Position numbers and translations under genes: made by a program. From an uncultured delta proteobacterium (GTDB lineage Bacteria > Desulfobacterota > Binatia > UBA9968), in assembly GCA_963816145.1 (NCBI GenBank), contig CAWFJP010000009.1, forward strand, positions 1 to 64,000: DNA of 64,000 nt. Reading direction: 5' to 3'. This document shows, one piece after another, positions 29,850-40,378 of the stretch (the stretch's first letter is position 1; the number at the start of each line of letters is the position of its first letter). The notes under the pieces are model-generated. The model had not been told where the DNA came from. It searched no databases and saw only the letters and a program-made list of their open reading frames with translations.

Positions 29850-30521
29850 TTATTTACCCGTAGAAAAACTAAAATGATAGCGAATTCCAGTGTGATCGAT
29901 CCCCTCGTTCTGTATGCAAGAACACCCCACGTCCCCGTGCGACATGTGATCAAAGAAAAGCGATATCCCGTGATTTTTCCGGAACGTGTAGCCTAATTCC
30001 AACGAGATCCGCGGCAGAACTCGAGAACCAAATCCACAATCGTCGTTTGCAATGCATTTCGCTTCGTTCTTGCGTAGCGGGCCGGTGTGAATCGCCGTGC
30101 TCAACCCGGCTGCAAACCAAAGATTCTTGGTGAAATTATTGGTGAGGCCGTCCAGGAACTTATTGGACAAACTAAACTCATAGTTAAAGATTCCGAAATA
30201 AAAAGCTGTTGTTTCCCCACTGAAACTCGGGGTGACGCCGAAACTCGGATAGGGAGAGCCAAGCCAACGCCACCATGTCCAATCGGGACGATTGAACTGC
30301 ACCTCCCAATTGGGGTCAACTCCGTATTCCCGCTTATCGCTTATGAACCCTACATCATGCGCGACGATGCCGAATGAAACCCTGCGAACCCAGGGTGTTG
30401 CCTCCTGGCTTTTATCGACCTGGCTCTTATATGCGTCACTAGACGCGATTTCCGCTGCGGACACAGATCTTGTGAATAGTGAAGTAAACAAAAACAACGC
30501 AACAATGATGCTCGAGTTCAT
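29850..30521 (-). CDS. Acyloxyacyl hydrolase / lipid A 3-O-deacylase (PagL/LpxR-like beta-barrel)
   Basis: Signal peptide, G..AHD, FGSRVL.R..LELGY, HMSHG.....NEGID..G.RY...F. Confidence 0.65.
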   Translation of the reverse strand: MNSSIIVALFLFTSLFTRSVSAAEIASSDAYKSQVDKSQEATPWVRRVSFGIVAHDVGFISDKREYGVDPNWEVQFNRPDWTWWRWLGSPYPSFGVTPSFSGETTAFYFGIFNYEFSLSNKFLDGLTNNFTKNLWFAAGLSTAIHTGPLRKNEAKCIANDDCGFGSRVLPRISLELGYTFRKNHGISLFFDHMSHGDVGCSCIQNEGIDHTGIRYHFSFSTGK

Positions 30522-31006
30522 ATTTGAGGTTTCGTCAATCGGTGGTTAAAAAGAAGCTATTCGGTGACGCTGATTTCCTTTCCGCAATCGTACTTTTCCC
30601 CTGAGCACCTTTCTCCGCCTCCCTTTTCCACACCTTTGGATTAGCTCGTCTGTCCGGTCTGTTCGTTTCTACCGCGCAGCGTATACGCACTACCGGCAGC
30701 CAAAACCAGGCCATCCTCGATTATGATCGAAAATACGAAGGACAGCGTCTATCCGCTCACTAAAGAAAAATCACCTGCAGATATCACGTAATCAAGCTTG
30801 GCGTAAAATGAGTCCGATAGAAACGCTCTTAACATCTAGCATAGTTCAAAAACGAAGTAAAGTTTAAATAAAACATAGTTTTGTATTATGTTTCTCTCGA
30901 TTTTTCTTTCTGGACCCGATTTCGGGCGGCCTTGCAGGTCGAAAACAAGATTCACGCCGTTTTGAATTACGACCTGGCCCAGGGCGTGCGGCTTGGGCAA
31001 TAGACG

Positions 31007-31391
31007 GTCGAGGGTCGAGTGGCAAAAGGGGTCGAGGGAAGAGTGTCGAGTGACGAAGGAAGAGTAAGGAATGAGAGCGCAATGCCAGTGCGAGAAGCTG
31101 CGGATTTCTTCCCCTCGCCCCTAACGGATTCTTCTTACAGGAGACAACGCAGAGAACGGAGACGAAGTTAAAAGAAACTCCGTTCTCTCTGTTAGCTGCT
31201 ATTAGACCCCAAAGCCGACCCATCGATTGGGTGGTAGTAGGCCTGCGCTAGAGCATGAATTGAGCCATTCAGATCCTACACTAAACAGTTAGTGCTCCAT
31301 TGATCCGGCCCCACCATAAGCGGCCGGCGCGTCCTTGCACCAAAGTTCAATTGAGCGTTTGCTTATTACGTTGTATGGTTAGCCGCGATCG
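31007..31391 (+). repeat. ~385-bp non-coding direct repeat, copy B
   Basis: Imperfect copy of 28479-28899. Confidence 0.92.
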
Positions 31392-31478
31392 ATTTACATC
31401 CTTGGTGCCAGACACGACCTGCAGCAAATTTCCCGGTGATCGGCAAAACATCTTTCGGCGCGGTGAAACGACGATTCC

Positions 31479-31988
31479 ATGAACCGGAAAAATGCCAACC
31501 CGTCCACCGAGCTTGAAGAGCGCCTGCGCGTCGAGACGCTGCTCGTCGATGTTTCGTCCAAATTCGTTGATTTGCCGGCCGGCGAGGTGGACCGTGAAAT
31601 TATGGATGCCCAGCTCTGCATCTGCGAATTTCTCGAGCTCGATATTTTGGTGCTCTGGCAAGTTATCGGCGATGCCGCGGGAATTTTGTCGGCCACCCAT
31701 CGGTACAGCGTCCAGCAAGGGCGGCAACCTGCCGTGCGACTGCACGAGGACGATTATCCCTGGTTCAAGCGGCAACTGATGGCTGGCCGCATGGTTGACT
31801 TTGCTTCGTTGGACGAGTGGCCGAAGGAAGCCGTGCGCGACCGGAATCCTTCCGCCAACAAGGCAATCAACGCCAACGCGTTCTCTGGCGGGTTCCGAAT
31901 GCGGGAGCCGTGGACGGAACGCGCGCCGCAGGCTTTCCAAGCGCCTCGTGCTGACCAGGCAAAAAAAGCGAAAGGATCACGCAAATGA
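31479..31988 (+). pseudogene. Chimera of a GAF sensor N-terminus and a ROK/polyphosphate glucokinase C-terminal tail
   Basis: EERLRVETLLVDVSSKFVDLPAGEVDREI...YPWF (FhlA-type GAF start) joined to NANAFSGGFRM (cf. the ROK ending NANAFLGGFR.W). Confidence 0.6.
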
Positions 31989-33658
31989 AGAAAGCGAACG
32001 CATCGCTGACGGCACGCCCGGCATGGAAGGCGCTCGTTGCCCACCATAAGAACATCCGCAATGTGCATCTCCGTCAGCTTTTTGCCGATGACCCCAAGCG
32101 CGGCGAGCGTCTGACGGTTGAGGCCGCGGGCGTCTTTCTCGATTACTCGAAGAACCGCATCACCGACGAAACCCTCAAGCTCCTCGTGAAATTGGCCGAG
32201 GAATGCAGCCTAGAGCAACGCATCGACGCCATGTTCAACGGTGAAAAGATCAACATCACGGAAGATCGCGCGGTCTTGCACGTCGCCCTGCGCGCGCCGA
32301 CGGGCGCATCGATCATGGTGGACGGCAAGAACGTCGTTCCCGCCGTGCACGAAGTCCTCGACAAAATGGCCGGCTTCGCCAACCGCGTGCGCAGCGGCGA
32401 TTGGCAGGGCCACACCGGCAAGCGCATCAGGAACGTGATCAACATCGGCATCGGCGGCTCGGACCTCGGACCGGTGATGGCCTACGAGGCGCTGCGTTAC
32501 TACAGCGAGCGCTCGATGACCTTCCGGTTCGTCTCGAACGTCGACGGCATCGATCTGGTCGAAGCGACGCGCGACCTCGACCCGGCGGAGACGCTTTTTA
32601 TTGTTTCGTCCAAGACCTTCACGACGCTGGAGACGATGACCAACGCGCAAAGCGCGCGCGACTGGGCGCTCGCAGGGCTCGGCGGCGACGCCAAGGCCGT
32701 GGCGAAGCATTTCGTCGCGGTCTCGACGAACGCCGAGAAAGTGTCATCCTTCGGCATTGACACGGCCAACATGTTCGGCTTCTGGGATTGGGTCGGCGGC
32801 CGCTACTCGATGGACTCGGCGATCGGCCTTTCGACGATGATCGCCGTCGGCCCGGACAATTTCCACGCCATGCTCGACGGTTTTCATCAGATGGACGAAC
32901 ACTTCCGCGCGGCGCCGTTCGAGAAGAACCTGCCGGTGGTGATGGGGCTCTTGTCGCTCTGGTACAGCGATTTCTTCGGCGCGCAGACGGTGGCGGTGCT
33001 GCCCTACGAGAACTACCTGAAACGCTTCCCGGCCTATCTGCAGCAGTTGACCATGGAGAGCAACGGCAAAAGCGTCACTCTGGAGGGCGGCCAGGTCAAG
33101 TACGACACCGGTCCGATCTACTGGGGCGAACCCGGGACCAACGGGCAGCACTCGTTTTATCAGCTGATTCATCAAGGCACGCGGCTGATTCCGTGCGACT
33201 TCATCGCCTTTGCCCGCGCGCTCACGCCGCTGGGCCGGCATCACGACATACTGTCGGCGAATGTGTTTGCCCAGGCCGAAGCGCTCGCCTTCGGCAAGAC
33301 GCCCGAGCAGGTTAAAGCCGAAGGCACCGTCGCGGCACTGGTGCCGCATCGCGCCTTTACTGGCAACCGGCCGTCGAACACAATCCTGGCCGAGCGCCTG
33401 ACGCCTGCAACGCTGGGCAGTCTGGTCGCTCTTTACGAACATAGCGTCTTTACCCAGGGCGTTATCTGGAACATCAACCCCTTCGACCAATGGGGCGTTG
33501 AGCTCGGCAAAGAGCTGGCCCAGCGGATAATACCGGAGATCGAAAGCGAGACAGAACCCAAGCTCGACCATGACAGCTCGACGAACCATTTGATCCGGCG
33601 CTACCGGAAGATGCGCGCAGGCGCATCACGCTCACATCTTTCAGCCATCAACAGGTGA
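31985..33658 (+). CDS. pgi: Glucose-6-phosphate isomerase
   Basis: [62 protein letters not shown]. Confidence 0.98.
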   Translation: MKKANASLTARPAWKALVAHHKNIRNVHLRQLFADDPKRGERLTVEAAGVFLDYSKNRITDETLKLLVKLAEECSLEQRIDAMFNGEKINITEDRAVLHVALRAPTGASIMVDGKNVVPAVHEVLDKMAGFANRVRSGDWQGHTGKRIRNVINIGIGGSDLGPVMAYEALRYYSERSMTFRFVSNVDGIDLVEATRDLDPAETLFIVSSKTFTTLETMTNAQSARDWALAGLGGDAKAVAKHFVAVSTNAEKVSSFGIDTANMFGFWDWVGGRYSMDSAIGLSTMIAVGPDNFHAMLDGFHQMDEHFRAAPFEKNLPVVMGLLSLWYSDFFGAQTVAVLPYENYLKRFPAYLQQLTMESNGKSVTLEGGQVKYDTGPIYWGEPGTNGQHSFYQLIHQGTRLIPCDFIAFARALTPLGRHHDILSANVFAQAEALAFGKTPEQVKAEGTVAALVPHRAFTGNRPSNTILAERLTPATLGSLVALYEHSVFTQGVIWNINPFDQWGVELGKELAQRIIPEIESETEPKLDHDSSTNHLIRRYRKMRAGASRSHLSAINR

Positions 33659-33778
33659 AGAAGGGCGAGCAAGCAACCTGAAGATCGGTTTGAGCGGAGT
33701 GAGCGAAGCGAACGATTGAACGGAGCGCAGCGTTTGAACGGCTGGAACAATTTTTTGCGATAGCGAAAGGAGAACAAG

Positions 33779-34795
33779 ATGCAACTCGGCATGATCGGTC
33801 TCGGCAGAATGGGCGCAAATATGGTTCGACGGCTGATCAAAGGAGGCCACCAATGCGTGGTTTTCGACATGTCGCCGAAAGCAGTGCAGGGGTTAGTCGA
33901 GGAGAAAGCCGTTGGTTCGTCCTCACTGGCGGATTTCGTCAAGAAGCTGGCCAAACCGCGGGTGGTCTGGTTGATGGTTCCGGCGGCGGTCACGGACAAG
34001 ACCATCACCGATCTGCTGCCCCACCTTGAAGCGGAGGACATCCTCATCGACGGCGGCAACTCCTGCTACATCGACGACATCCGGCGCGCCAAACAACTGG
34101 CGCCGAAGAAAATCCACTATGTCGACGTTGGCACCAGTGGCGGCATCTGGGGGCTGGAGCGCGGTTACTGCATGATGATCGGCGGCGAAAATGGCGTGGT
34201 TAAACACCTCGATGCGATCTTCGCCACACTGGCTCCCGGCATCGGCGAGATTGAGCGCACAGCGGGCCGCGACAAGGTCGGCGGCACGGCGGAGCAGGGC
34301 TATTTGCACTGCGGCCCCAACGGCGCCGGTCATTTCGTCAAGATGGTGCATAACGGCATCGAGTACGGTCTCATGGCCGCCTATGCCGAGGGGTTCGGTA
34401 TCTTGCGCTCCGCCAACATTGGCAAACAGCAGCATGAGATCGACGCCGAGACCACGCCGTTGCGCGATCCTGAGCATTACCAATATGACTTCAATCTGCG
34501 TGACATCGCAGAATTGTGGCGGCGCGGCAGCGTCGTCGCCTCGTGGCTGCTCGATTTGCAAGCGATCGCCTTGCTGAAAGACCCAACGCTTGCAAACTTC
34601 GGCGGCCGGGTCTCGGATTCCGGCGAAGGGCGCTGGACCATCAAGGCAGCCATCGATGAAGCCGTGCCGGCCCATGTCCTGACGGCGGCGCTCTACGAAC
34701 GCTTCAGCTCCCGCGGCGAGTCTGAATTCGCCGACAAATTGCTCTCGGCGATGCGCTACGAGTTCGGCGGCCATGTCGAAAAGAGCGAGAAATAG
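33779..34795 (+). CDS. gnd: 6-phosphogluconate dehydrogenase, short decarboxylating form
   Basis: [47 protein letters not shown]. Confidence 0.96.
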   Translation: MQLGMIGLGRMGANMVRRLIKGGHQCVVFDMSPKAVQGLVEEKAVGSSSLADFVKKLAKPRVVWLMVPAAVTDKTITDLLPHLEAEDILIDGGNSCYIDDIRRAKQLAPKKIHYVDVGTSGGIWGLERGYCMMIGGENGVVKHLDAIFATLAPGIGEIERTAGRDKVGGTAEQGYLHCGPNGAGHFVKMVHNGIEYGLMAAYAEGFGILRSANIGKQQHEIDAETTPLRDPEHYQYDFNLRDIAELWRRGSVVASWLLDLQAIALLKDPTLANFGGRVSDSGEGRWTIKAAIDEAVPAHVLTAALYERFSSRGESEFADKLLSAMRYEFGGHVEKSEK

Positions 34796-34805
34796 GGAGG
34801 GAGTC

Positions 34806-36182
34806 ATGGAGACTTCCCACTGCGACGCACTGATCTTTTTCGGCGCCACCGGCGACCTGGCGTATAAGAAAATTTTCCCGTCGCTGCAGGCGATGGTAAA
34901 ACGCGGTCGCCTCAATGTGCCGGTTATCGGCGTTGCCAATGCGGGTTGGAACGTGGAGCAACTCCGGGAGCGCGCCCGGGACGGCATCGAGCATCACGGT
35001 GGAGGAGTCGATAGCGCGGCTTTTGGAAAGTTGTGCGGTTTGCTGCGTTATGTAGACGGCGACTACCAAGACACGGCAACATTTCAAGCGATTCGCAAAG
35101 AGCTTGGCGCGGCGCAGCGGCCGGCGCACTATTTCGCCATCCCGCCGACGCTTTTCGGACTGGTCGTGGAACAACTGGGCAAGGCGAACTGCACCAGCGG
35201 CGCTCGCGTCATCGTTGAAAAACCGTTCGGCCGCGACCTCGCCTCGGCGCAGGCACTTAACCGCATATTGCTCAACACTTTCGCAGAGGCATCGATCTTT
35301 CGCATCGACCATTATCTGGGCAAGCGGCCCGTGCATAACATGGTCTTCTTCCGTTTCGAGAACGCCCTGATGGAGTCGTTCTGGAACCGCAATCACGTCG
35401 AGAGCGTGCAGATCACGATGGCGGAAAACTTCGGGGTGCAGGGCCGCGGCGCGTTCTACGAGCAGGTCGGCACGGTTCGCGACGTGATTCAGAATCACCT
35501 CTTCCAGGTGTTGGCCAATCTCGCGATGGAGCCGCCGGTGCGCACCGACAGCGAATCGATCCGCGACGAGAAGGTGAAGGTCTTGAAGGCGATTCCGCCG
35601 CTGGAGGCGAAGAACTTGGTGCGGGGGCAGTTTCGGGGCTATCGCACGGAAAACGGTGTGGCGCCTGACTCGCAAGTCGAGACCTTTGCGGCGCTAAGTC
35701 TCGAGGTCAATTCCTGGCGCTGGCAGGGGGTGCCGTTTTACATCAGGGCGGGGAAGTCTCTCCCGGTGACATGCACGGAGATCCTCGTCCGTTTGCGCCG
35801 GCCGCCGACGGTCTTTCCGACATGTAACCCGTCGGGTAACTATTTTCGCTTTCGCGTCAGTCCCGACATCACCGGCGCCTTCGGTCTGACGGTGAATGAC
35901 TTGGAGGAGAAGATGGTCGGCCAGCAAATAGAGCTGCTGGCAAGCCGCCACCCTAGTATCGAAGAGGTAGATGCCTACGAACGGGTGCTCGGCGATGCCA
36001 TGGAAGGCGACGCCACCCTTTTCGCCCGAGAGGACTATGTGGAAGAAGCGTGGCGTATCGTCGACCCGGTGTTGAAGGCCGGCACCCCGGTGTTCGAGTA
36101 CGAACCGCAGACATGGGGACCGAAGGAGGTCGAGCAAGTCATGCCGCCAGGAGGTTGGCACAATCCAACGGTGGCGGGGTGA
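34806..36182 (+). CDS. zwf: Glucose-6-phosphate 1-dehydrogenase
   Basis: RBS GGAGG then ATG 34806; [41 protein letters not shown]. Confidence 0.96.
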   Translation: METSHCDALIFFGATGDLAYKKIFPSLQAMVKRGRLNVPVIGVANAGWNVEQLRERARDGIEHHGGGVDSAAFGKLCGLLRYVDGDYQDTATFQAIRKELGAAQRPAHYFAIPPTLFGLVVEQLGKANCTSGARVIVEKPFGRDLASAQALNRILLNTFAEASIFRIDHYLGKRPVHNMVFFRFENALMESFWNRNHVESVQITMAENFGVQGRGAFYEQVGTVRDVIQNHLFQVLANLAMEPPVRTDSESIRDEKVKVLKAIPPLEAKNLVRGQFRGYRTENGVAPDSQVETFAALSLEVNSWRWQGVPFYIRAGKSLPVTCTEILVRLRRPPTVFPTCNPSGNYFRFRVSPDITGAFGLTVNDLEEKMVGQQIELLASRHPSIEEVDAYERVLGDAMEGDATLFAREDYVEEAWRIVDPVLKAGTPVFEYEPQTWGPKEVEQVMPPGGWHNPTVAG

Positions 36183-36409
36183 AAGAAATGGAGTGACGGA
36201 GTATTGGAGTACCGGAGACCTTCGTAGTTCAAACAGTTCAAGCTGTTCAAGCCGATCAAACCCCCTCCTGCATCCTCCCCCGCGTCGCGGGGGAGGATAG
36301 AGGTGGGGACTTGAAATGAGCGTAGCGGTTGAACCGAGCAAAGCGATTGAACAGATTGAACGATTTTTAGGCGAGTCGAAAAACCAGTACTCCAGTCTGC
36401 ACTTAGCCG

Positions 36410-37108
36410 ATGAAGATTGAAATACTCACTGATGCTGACGCGGTGGCCCGGAAGGCCGCTGAGATCATCGCTGCCGAAGCGCGCGCCGCCGTGGCGGCGC
36501 GCGGGCGATTCGTCATCGCGGTTAGCGGTGGCCGTACACCGTGGCTCATGCTGCGGGCGTTGGCAGACGAAGACGTCCCTTGGCAGGCGGTGCACGTGGT
36601 GCAAGTGGACGAGCGCGTCGCGCCGGCAGGCGATCCGGATCGAAACCTGACGCACTTAAATGAAAGCTTACTGGAGCATGCGCCGCTGCGGCGCGAGCAG
36701 CTCTACGCCATGCCGGTGGAAGCGCCGGAACTGGCAAGCGCAGCCGAACGCTATGCCGTGACTCTGCAGAAGATAGCCGGTTCGCCAGCGCTGCTTGACC
36801 TCGTCCACCTCGGCCTCGGCGCGGACGGCCATAGCGCCTCACTCGTGCCCGGAGACCCGGTGCTCAATGTCACAGATGCAGATGTTGCGTTAACCGCTGT
36901 TTATCAAGGACGGCGTCGGATGACCTTGACCTATCCGATCCTTAATCGTTGCCGGCGCATCCTCTGGGTGGTGACAGGAAGCGATAAAGTCGATGCGCTG
37001 GCGCGCCTGTGCGACGCCGATGCGTCGATTCCCGCAGGACGGATTCAGCGGGAAAACGCCGTGATCCTTGCCGATCGCGCGGCGGCGGGAAAACTGGCTG
37101 GGAGCTGA
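36410..37108 (+). CDS. pgl: 6-phosphogluconolactonase
   Basis: AVSGGRTP, DER, LGLGADGHSASL, R.TLTYP, G..K. Confidence 0.92.
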   Translation: MKIEILTDADAVARKAAEIIAAEARAAVAARGRFVIAVSGGRTPWLMLRALADEDVPWQAVHVVQVDERVAPAGDPDRNLTHLNESLLEHAPLRREQLYAMPVEAPELASAAERYAVTLQKIAGSPALLDLVHLGLGADGHSASLVPGDPVLNVTDADVALTAVYQGRRRMTLTYPILNRCRRILWVVTGSDKVDALARLCDADASIPAGRIQRENAVILADRAAAGKLAGS

Positions 37109-37179
37109 GATGATAGGAAATATTTTTGTGCGAGAGGGGCTATCACCACGAAGGATCTAACGCGGCGAAGACGCAGCCG

Positions 37180-37346
37180 AAACTTGGAATATCTCTCGCA
37201 AAGCCGCAAGGGCGCAAAGGTGACGGGCGCTGCCCGTCATCCCGAGGGAACACGAGAGAGCTAAGATAGATTTCTCCCAAGCGTCGAAATGACAACAAGT
37301 CCGAACTTGGTGCCTTTGCGCCTTGGCGTGAGGAATATCGGATTCC
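37180..37346 (+). repeat. Nested REP-like palindrome (cgcaaag arms around a gtcat...atgac core)
   Basis: An inverted, diverged copy lies at 51505-51668. Confidence 0.75.
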
Positions 37347-37380
37347 GACTGCCTTCCGATTACAGATCAAAGGAGAATAT

Positions 37381-37833
37381 ATGCGAGTTGGCATTGCCAC
37401 GGATCATGGCGGATTTGGTTTGAAGCAAGAGTTTGTCGCGCACCTGCACGCGACGGGGCATGAGGTCATCGATTTCGGCGCCCATAGCCTGAATCCAACG
37501 GACGACTACCCCGATTTCGTCGTGCCGCTGGCGCGCGCGGTCGTCGCGGGAGAGGTGGAGCGCGGCGTGGCGATCTGCGCCAGTGGCGTTGGCGCTTCGG
37601 TGTGCGCCAACAAGGTGCACGGCATCCGAGCCGCGATCATTCACGACCACTTCTCGGCCGTGCAAGGCGTTGAAGACGATGACATGAATATTATTTGCAT
37701 GGGCGGCCGGACGGTTGGGCCGTCTGTCGCTTGGGACCTGGTTCAGGGATTTCTCGGGGCCAAGTTCAGCTGCGCCGAGCGACACTTGCGCCGCCTGGAA
37801 AATGTGGCGTCGCTGGAGGCAGGGAATAATTAG
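37381..37833 (+). CDS. rpiB: Ribose-5-phosphate isomerase B
   Basis: DHGG, DDYPD, ICASGVG, ANKV.GIRAA, DDDMN, RH.RR. Confidence 0.95.
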   Translation: MRVGIATDHGGFGLKQEFVAHLHATGHEVIDFGAHSLNPTDDYPDFVVPLARAVVAGEVERGVAICASGVGASVCANKVHGIRAAIIHDHFSAVQGVEDDDMNIICMGGRTVGPSVAWDLVQGFLGAKFSCAERHLRRLENVASLEAGNN

Positions 37834-37908
37834 AATGACGAGTGTCGAGGGACGAGGGGCAAAAGAGGGGCGAGGGAATTTTTAATCTACGGGTTGAGAG
37901 GAGAGGTA

Positions 37909-38775
37909 ATGAAGCGAAGCAAGATTGTTTTTGTAATACTATTGGCAGCTCTGGCTTGGACGGGTCGAGTGACCGGCCAGGAACTCGATGGGACGCTGAA
38001 GAAAATCAAGGCATCGTCCACGTTCAATCTTGGTTATCGAGAATCGGCGCCGCCGTTCTCTTTTCCGGGGCCGGATCGGCGGCCGGTGGGCTATTCAGTC
38101 GAACTCTGCATGCATATCGCGAGCGCGATTCAGAAACAGCTCGGATTGGCCAATCTGAAGCTTAACTGGGTGCCAGTGAGCGCCGAAAACCGCATTGATA
38201 TGGTGGTGCAAGCCAAGATCGATCTCGAATGCGGCACGACCACAGCCACGCTTTCGCGCCAGGAGCGCGTCGACTTTAGCCTGATGACTTTTGTCGACGG
38301 CGGCAGTTTGCTAACCAAGGCCGATATCGACCTGCGCGGCGTTGGCGATCTTGCGGGCAAGCGCATTGCAGTTATTCCCGGCACGACCACTGAGGCGGCG
38401 CTGGTAAAGTTTCTCAAGGCGGAATTCGTGACGGTCGAGACAGTTCGGGTCAAGGATCCTGTAGAGGGAGTGGAGGCCGTCGAGAAAGGCACCGCTCACG
38501 CCTTCGCCTCGGATCGAGGGTTGCTTATCGGGATCGCCGTGACATCCAAGGATCCCAAGCGCTTTGGCTTGGCGAACGTATTGTTCTCGTACGAGCCTTA
38601 TGGCTTTATGCTGCGCCGCAATGATTCCGCGTTCCGATTGGCAGTCAACAGAGCGCTGGCCCAGCTCTATCGTTCGGCAGACGTGGCGGCCATTTACGAC
38701 CGCTGGTTCGGCAGCTTCGGCAAGCCCACGCAGGCGATTCAAGCGATGTACCTGCTCAACGGGCTGCCCGCGTAA
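37909..38775 (+). CDS. Glu/Asp ABC substrate-binding protein (GltI-like), no permease adjacent
   Basis: TLKKIK, LGYRESAPPFS, GYSVELC, IDLECGTTT, VDFS, GTTTE, EPYG. Confidence 0.88.
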   Translation: MKRSKIVFVILLAALAWTGRVTGQELDGTLKKIKASSTFNLGYRESAPPFSFPGPDRRPVGYSVELCMHIASAIQKQLGLANLKLNWVPVSAENRIDMVVQAKIDLECGTTTATLSRQERVDFSLMTFVDGGSLLTKADIDLRGVGDLAGKRIAVIPGTTTEAALVKFLKAEFVTVETVRVKDPVEGVEAVEKGTAHAFASDRGLLIGIAVTSKDPKRFGLANVLFSYEPYGFMLRRNDSAFRLAVNRALAQLYRSADVAAIYDRWFGSFGKPTQAIQAMYLLNGLPA

Positions 38776-38866
38776 CGTAGAATTTCTATAACGCGTGAGG
38801 TAGGGTATCGACTCATTGAGAACGTTAGTTTCAATCGTATTCAATCGTAAACTCGCAGAGCTTTAT

Positions 38867-39142
38867 ATGACAATTGCTTTCATCACCGTTCGCCTGCTTG
38901 CCTTGATGCTCGGGGTCGTGTTCGGCTTTAGCGGGCTAGCTGAATCCCATTCTGGAATCGTCGATGGCTACGGCTGCCATCGCGGGTCAGACAAGGCGAG
39001 CTATCATTGCCATAACGGGCAATTTGCCGGCCGCACGTTTAAGTCCAAGGAGGATTTTCTGCGCGAGCTGCGCGGCGGCAAATCGGCACGACTCGCGCCG
39101 AAAAATAACCCGCCTGTTTTTGAGAAGAAAGCCGACGACTAG
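38867..39142 (+). CDS. YHYH-domain small secreted protein
   Basis: Signal peptide then HSG..D.YGCH.......YHCH. Confidence 0.7.
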   Translation: MTIAFITVRLLALMLGVVFGFSGLAESHSGIVDGYGCHRGSDKASYHCHNGQFAGRTFKSKEDFLRELRGGKSARLAPKNNPPVFEKKADD

Positions 39143-39355
39143 ATTTTGCGCAACAGTTCCGCGCGACTGAATCTGGATTCTCGGGGATTTTTGAGACAGC
39201 TTTGAAGCTTCCTTTGGGTGTCGCAGTGAATGATTGCCGGGTGCCGGGTTGCGTTCCATGACACTACCGCGCTCGGCCATTTTCCTCTGCGCCTTCGCTA
39301 GGGTTGTTTTCGTCAGTGTGGTTTTGGCCACGTTCAGACGAAACCCAGCCCTGAC

Positions 39356-40378
39356 ATGAAGCTGATGATTCGCATCTCTCCCGCCGTTTGGGAAAAGCAA
39401 CCCGACTGGCACGGCTGGGACAGGGAAGTAATCATGGATAGCGATGCCAATGTGGCGAGAGATTGTTGCCGCAGGTCGGCGCGGCAAGCTTGCCGAGAAA
39501 ATCATGGGTTTGGTCGCATGTGTCGCAGGTTAGCAATGTTATTCCACAGTCTATTCGGCAAGATTGCCCTTGCACTCTGCATAGGGCTTTGGAGTCTGCC
39601 GGCGCTTGCCCAGTCGCCGTCGCGATCCGGGCTCAATCGCGATTTGCAATCGATCATCGATGCCAAACTACTGCGAGTGGCGGTTACGCGCTTCGATCTG
39701 CCTTCGTTTCATGTGCGCGGGCCCAATGGGGCGCTGCTCGGCCCGGAGATCGACATGGCGCGGCAAATCGGCCGCGCCCTCGGCGTCAAAGTTGAGTTCG
39801 ACGACCATGCGGAATCCTTCGATGCCGTCGTGGACTTCGTAGCGGCAGGACGCGCCGATATCGGCGTCAGTAAATTGTCCCAAACCTACAACCGGCTGAT
39901 GCGTGTGCGCTTTTCCGAACCCTACGTGACGCTGCGCCATGCGATGCTGTTCAGTCGGCTGGCGATCGCTCGCGCCGCCGGCGGCCGCCCCCCGGCTGCG
40001 GTCTTGCAGAAATATCAAGGCCGGCTCGGCGTGATCGCCGGCAGCGCCTATGTGGATTTCGCCCACAGGAATTTTCCCGATGCGAGCGTGGTGGAAACGC
40101 GCAACTGGGATGCGGCGATCGAAAGTTTGCTGAACGGCCAGGTGAACGCCCTCTATCGCGACGAATTCGAGATTCGGCGGGTGCTCAAGATCAAACCGGC
40201 GCTCAACGTTCAGTTGGGCTCGGCGGTGATTATCGACCAGAACGCCCTGCTGTCCGTCGCCATCTGCGACCCTTGCAGCAAACTGCAGGAGTTCATCAAT
40301 TATCACATTGCCATGACCCGCGGCGCCTTCACGCTCCAAGAGCTTCTCAACTCTGAACTGGGGAAACAGGTTCGATGA
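39356..40378 (+). CDS. SBP_bac_3 periplasmic substrate-binding protein
   Basis: DLQSIID...LRVA, G.EIDMA..IG..LGV, ADIGVSKLSQT..R, FS.PY. The real start is probably ~39518-39536, giving a signal peptide ending ALA. Confidence 0.8.
   Translation: MKLMIRISPAVWEKQPDWHGWDREVIMDSDANVARDCCRRSARQACRENHGFGRMCRRLAMLFHSLFGKIALALCIGLWSLPALAQSPSRSGLNRDLQSIIDAKLLRVAVTRFDLPSFHVRGPNGALLGPEIDMARQIGRALGVKVEFDDHAESFDAVVDFVAAGRADIGVSKLSQTYNRLMRVRFSEPYVTLRHAMLFSRLAIARAAGGRPPAAVLQKYQGRLGVIAGSAYVDFAHRNFPDASVVETRNWDAAIESLLNGQVNALYRDEFEIRRVLKIKPALNVQLGSAVIIDQNALLSVAICDPCSKLQEFINYHIAMTRGAFTLQELLNSELGKQVR

Noticed and set aside
30698-30713. Second sigma-54 motif upstream of the pagL-like gene
   Set aside because: It fits GG-N10-GC but lacks the TTGC -12 element, so it is too weak to call.
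33923-35675. Long minus-strand ORFs over gnd and zwf
   Set aside because: Shadows of well-supported plus-strand enzymes.
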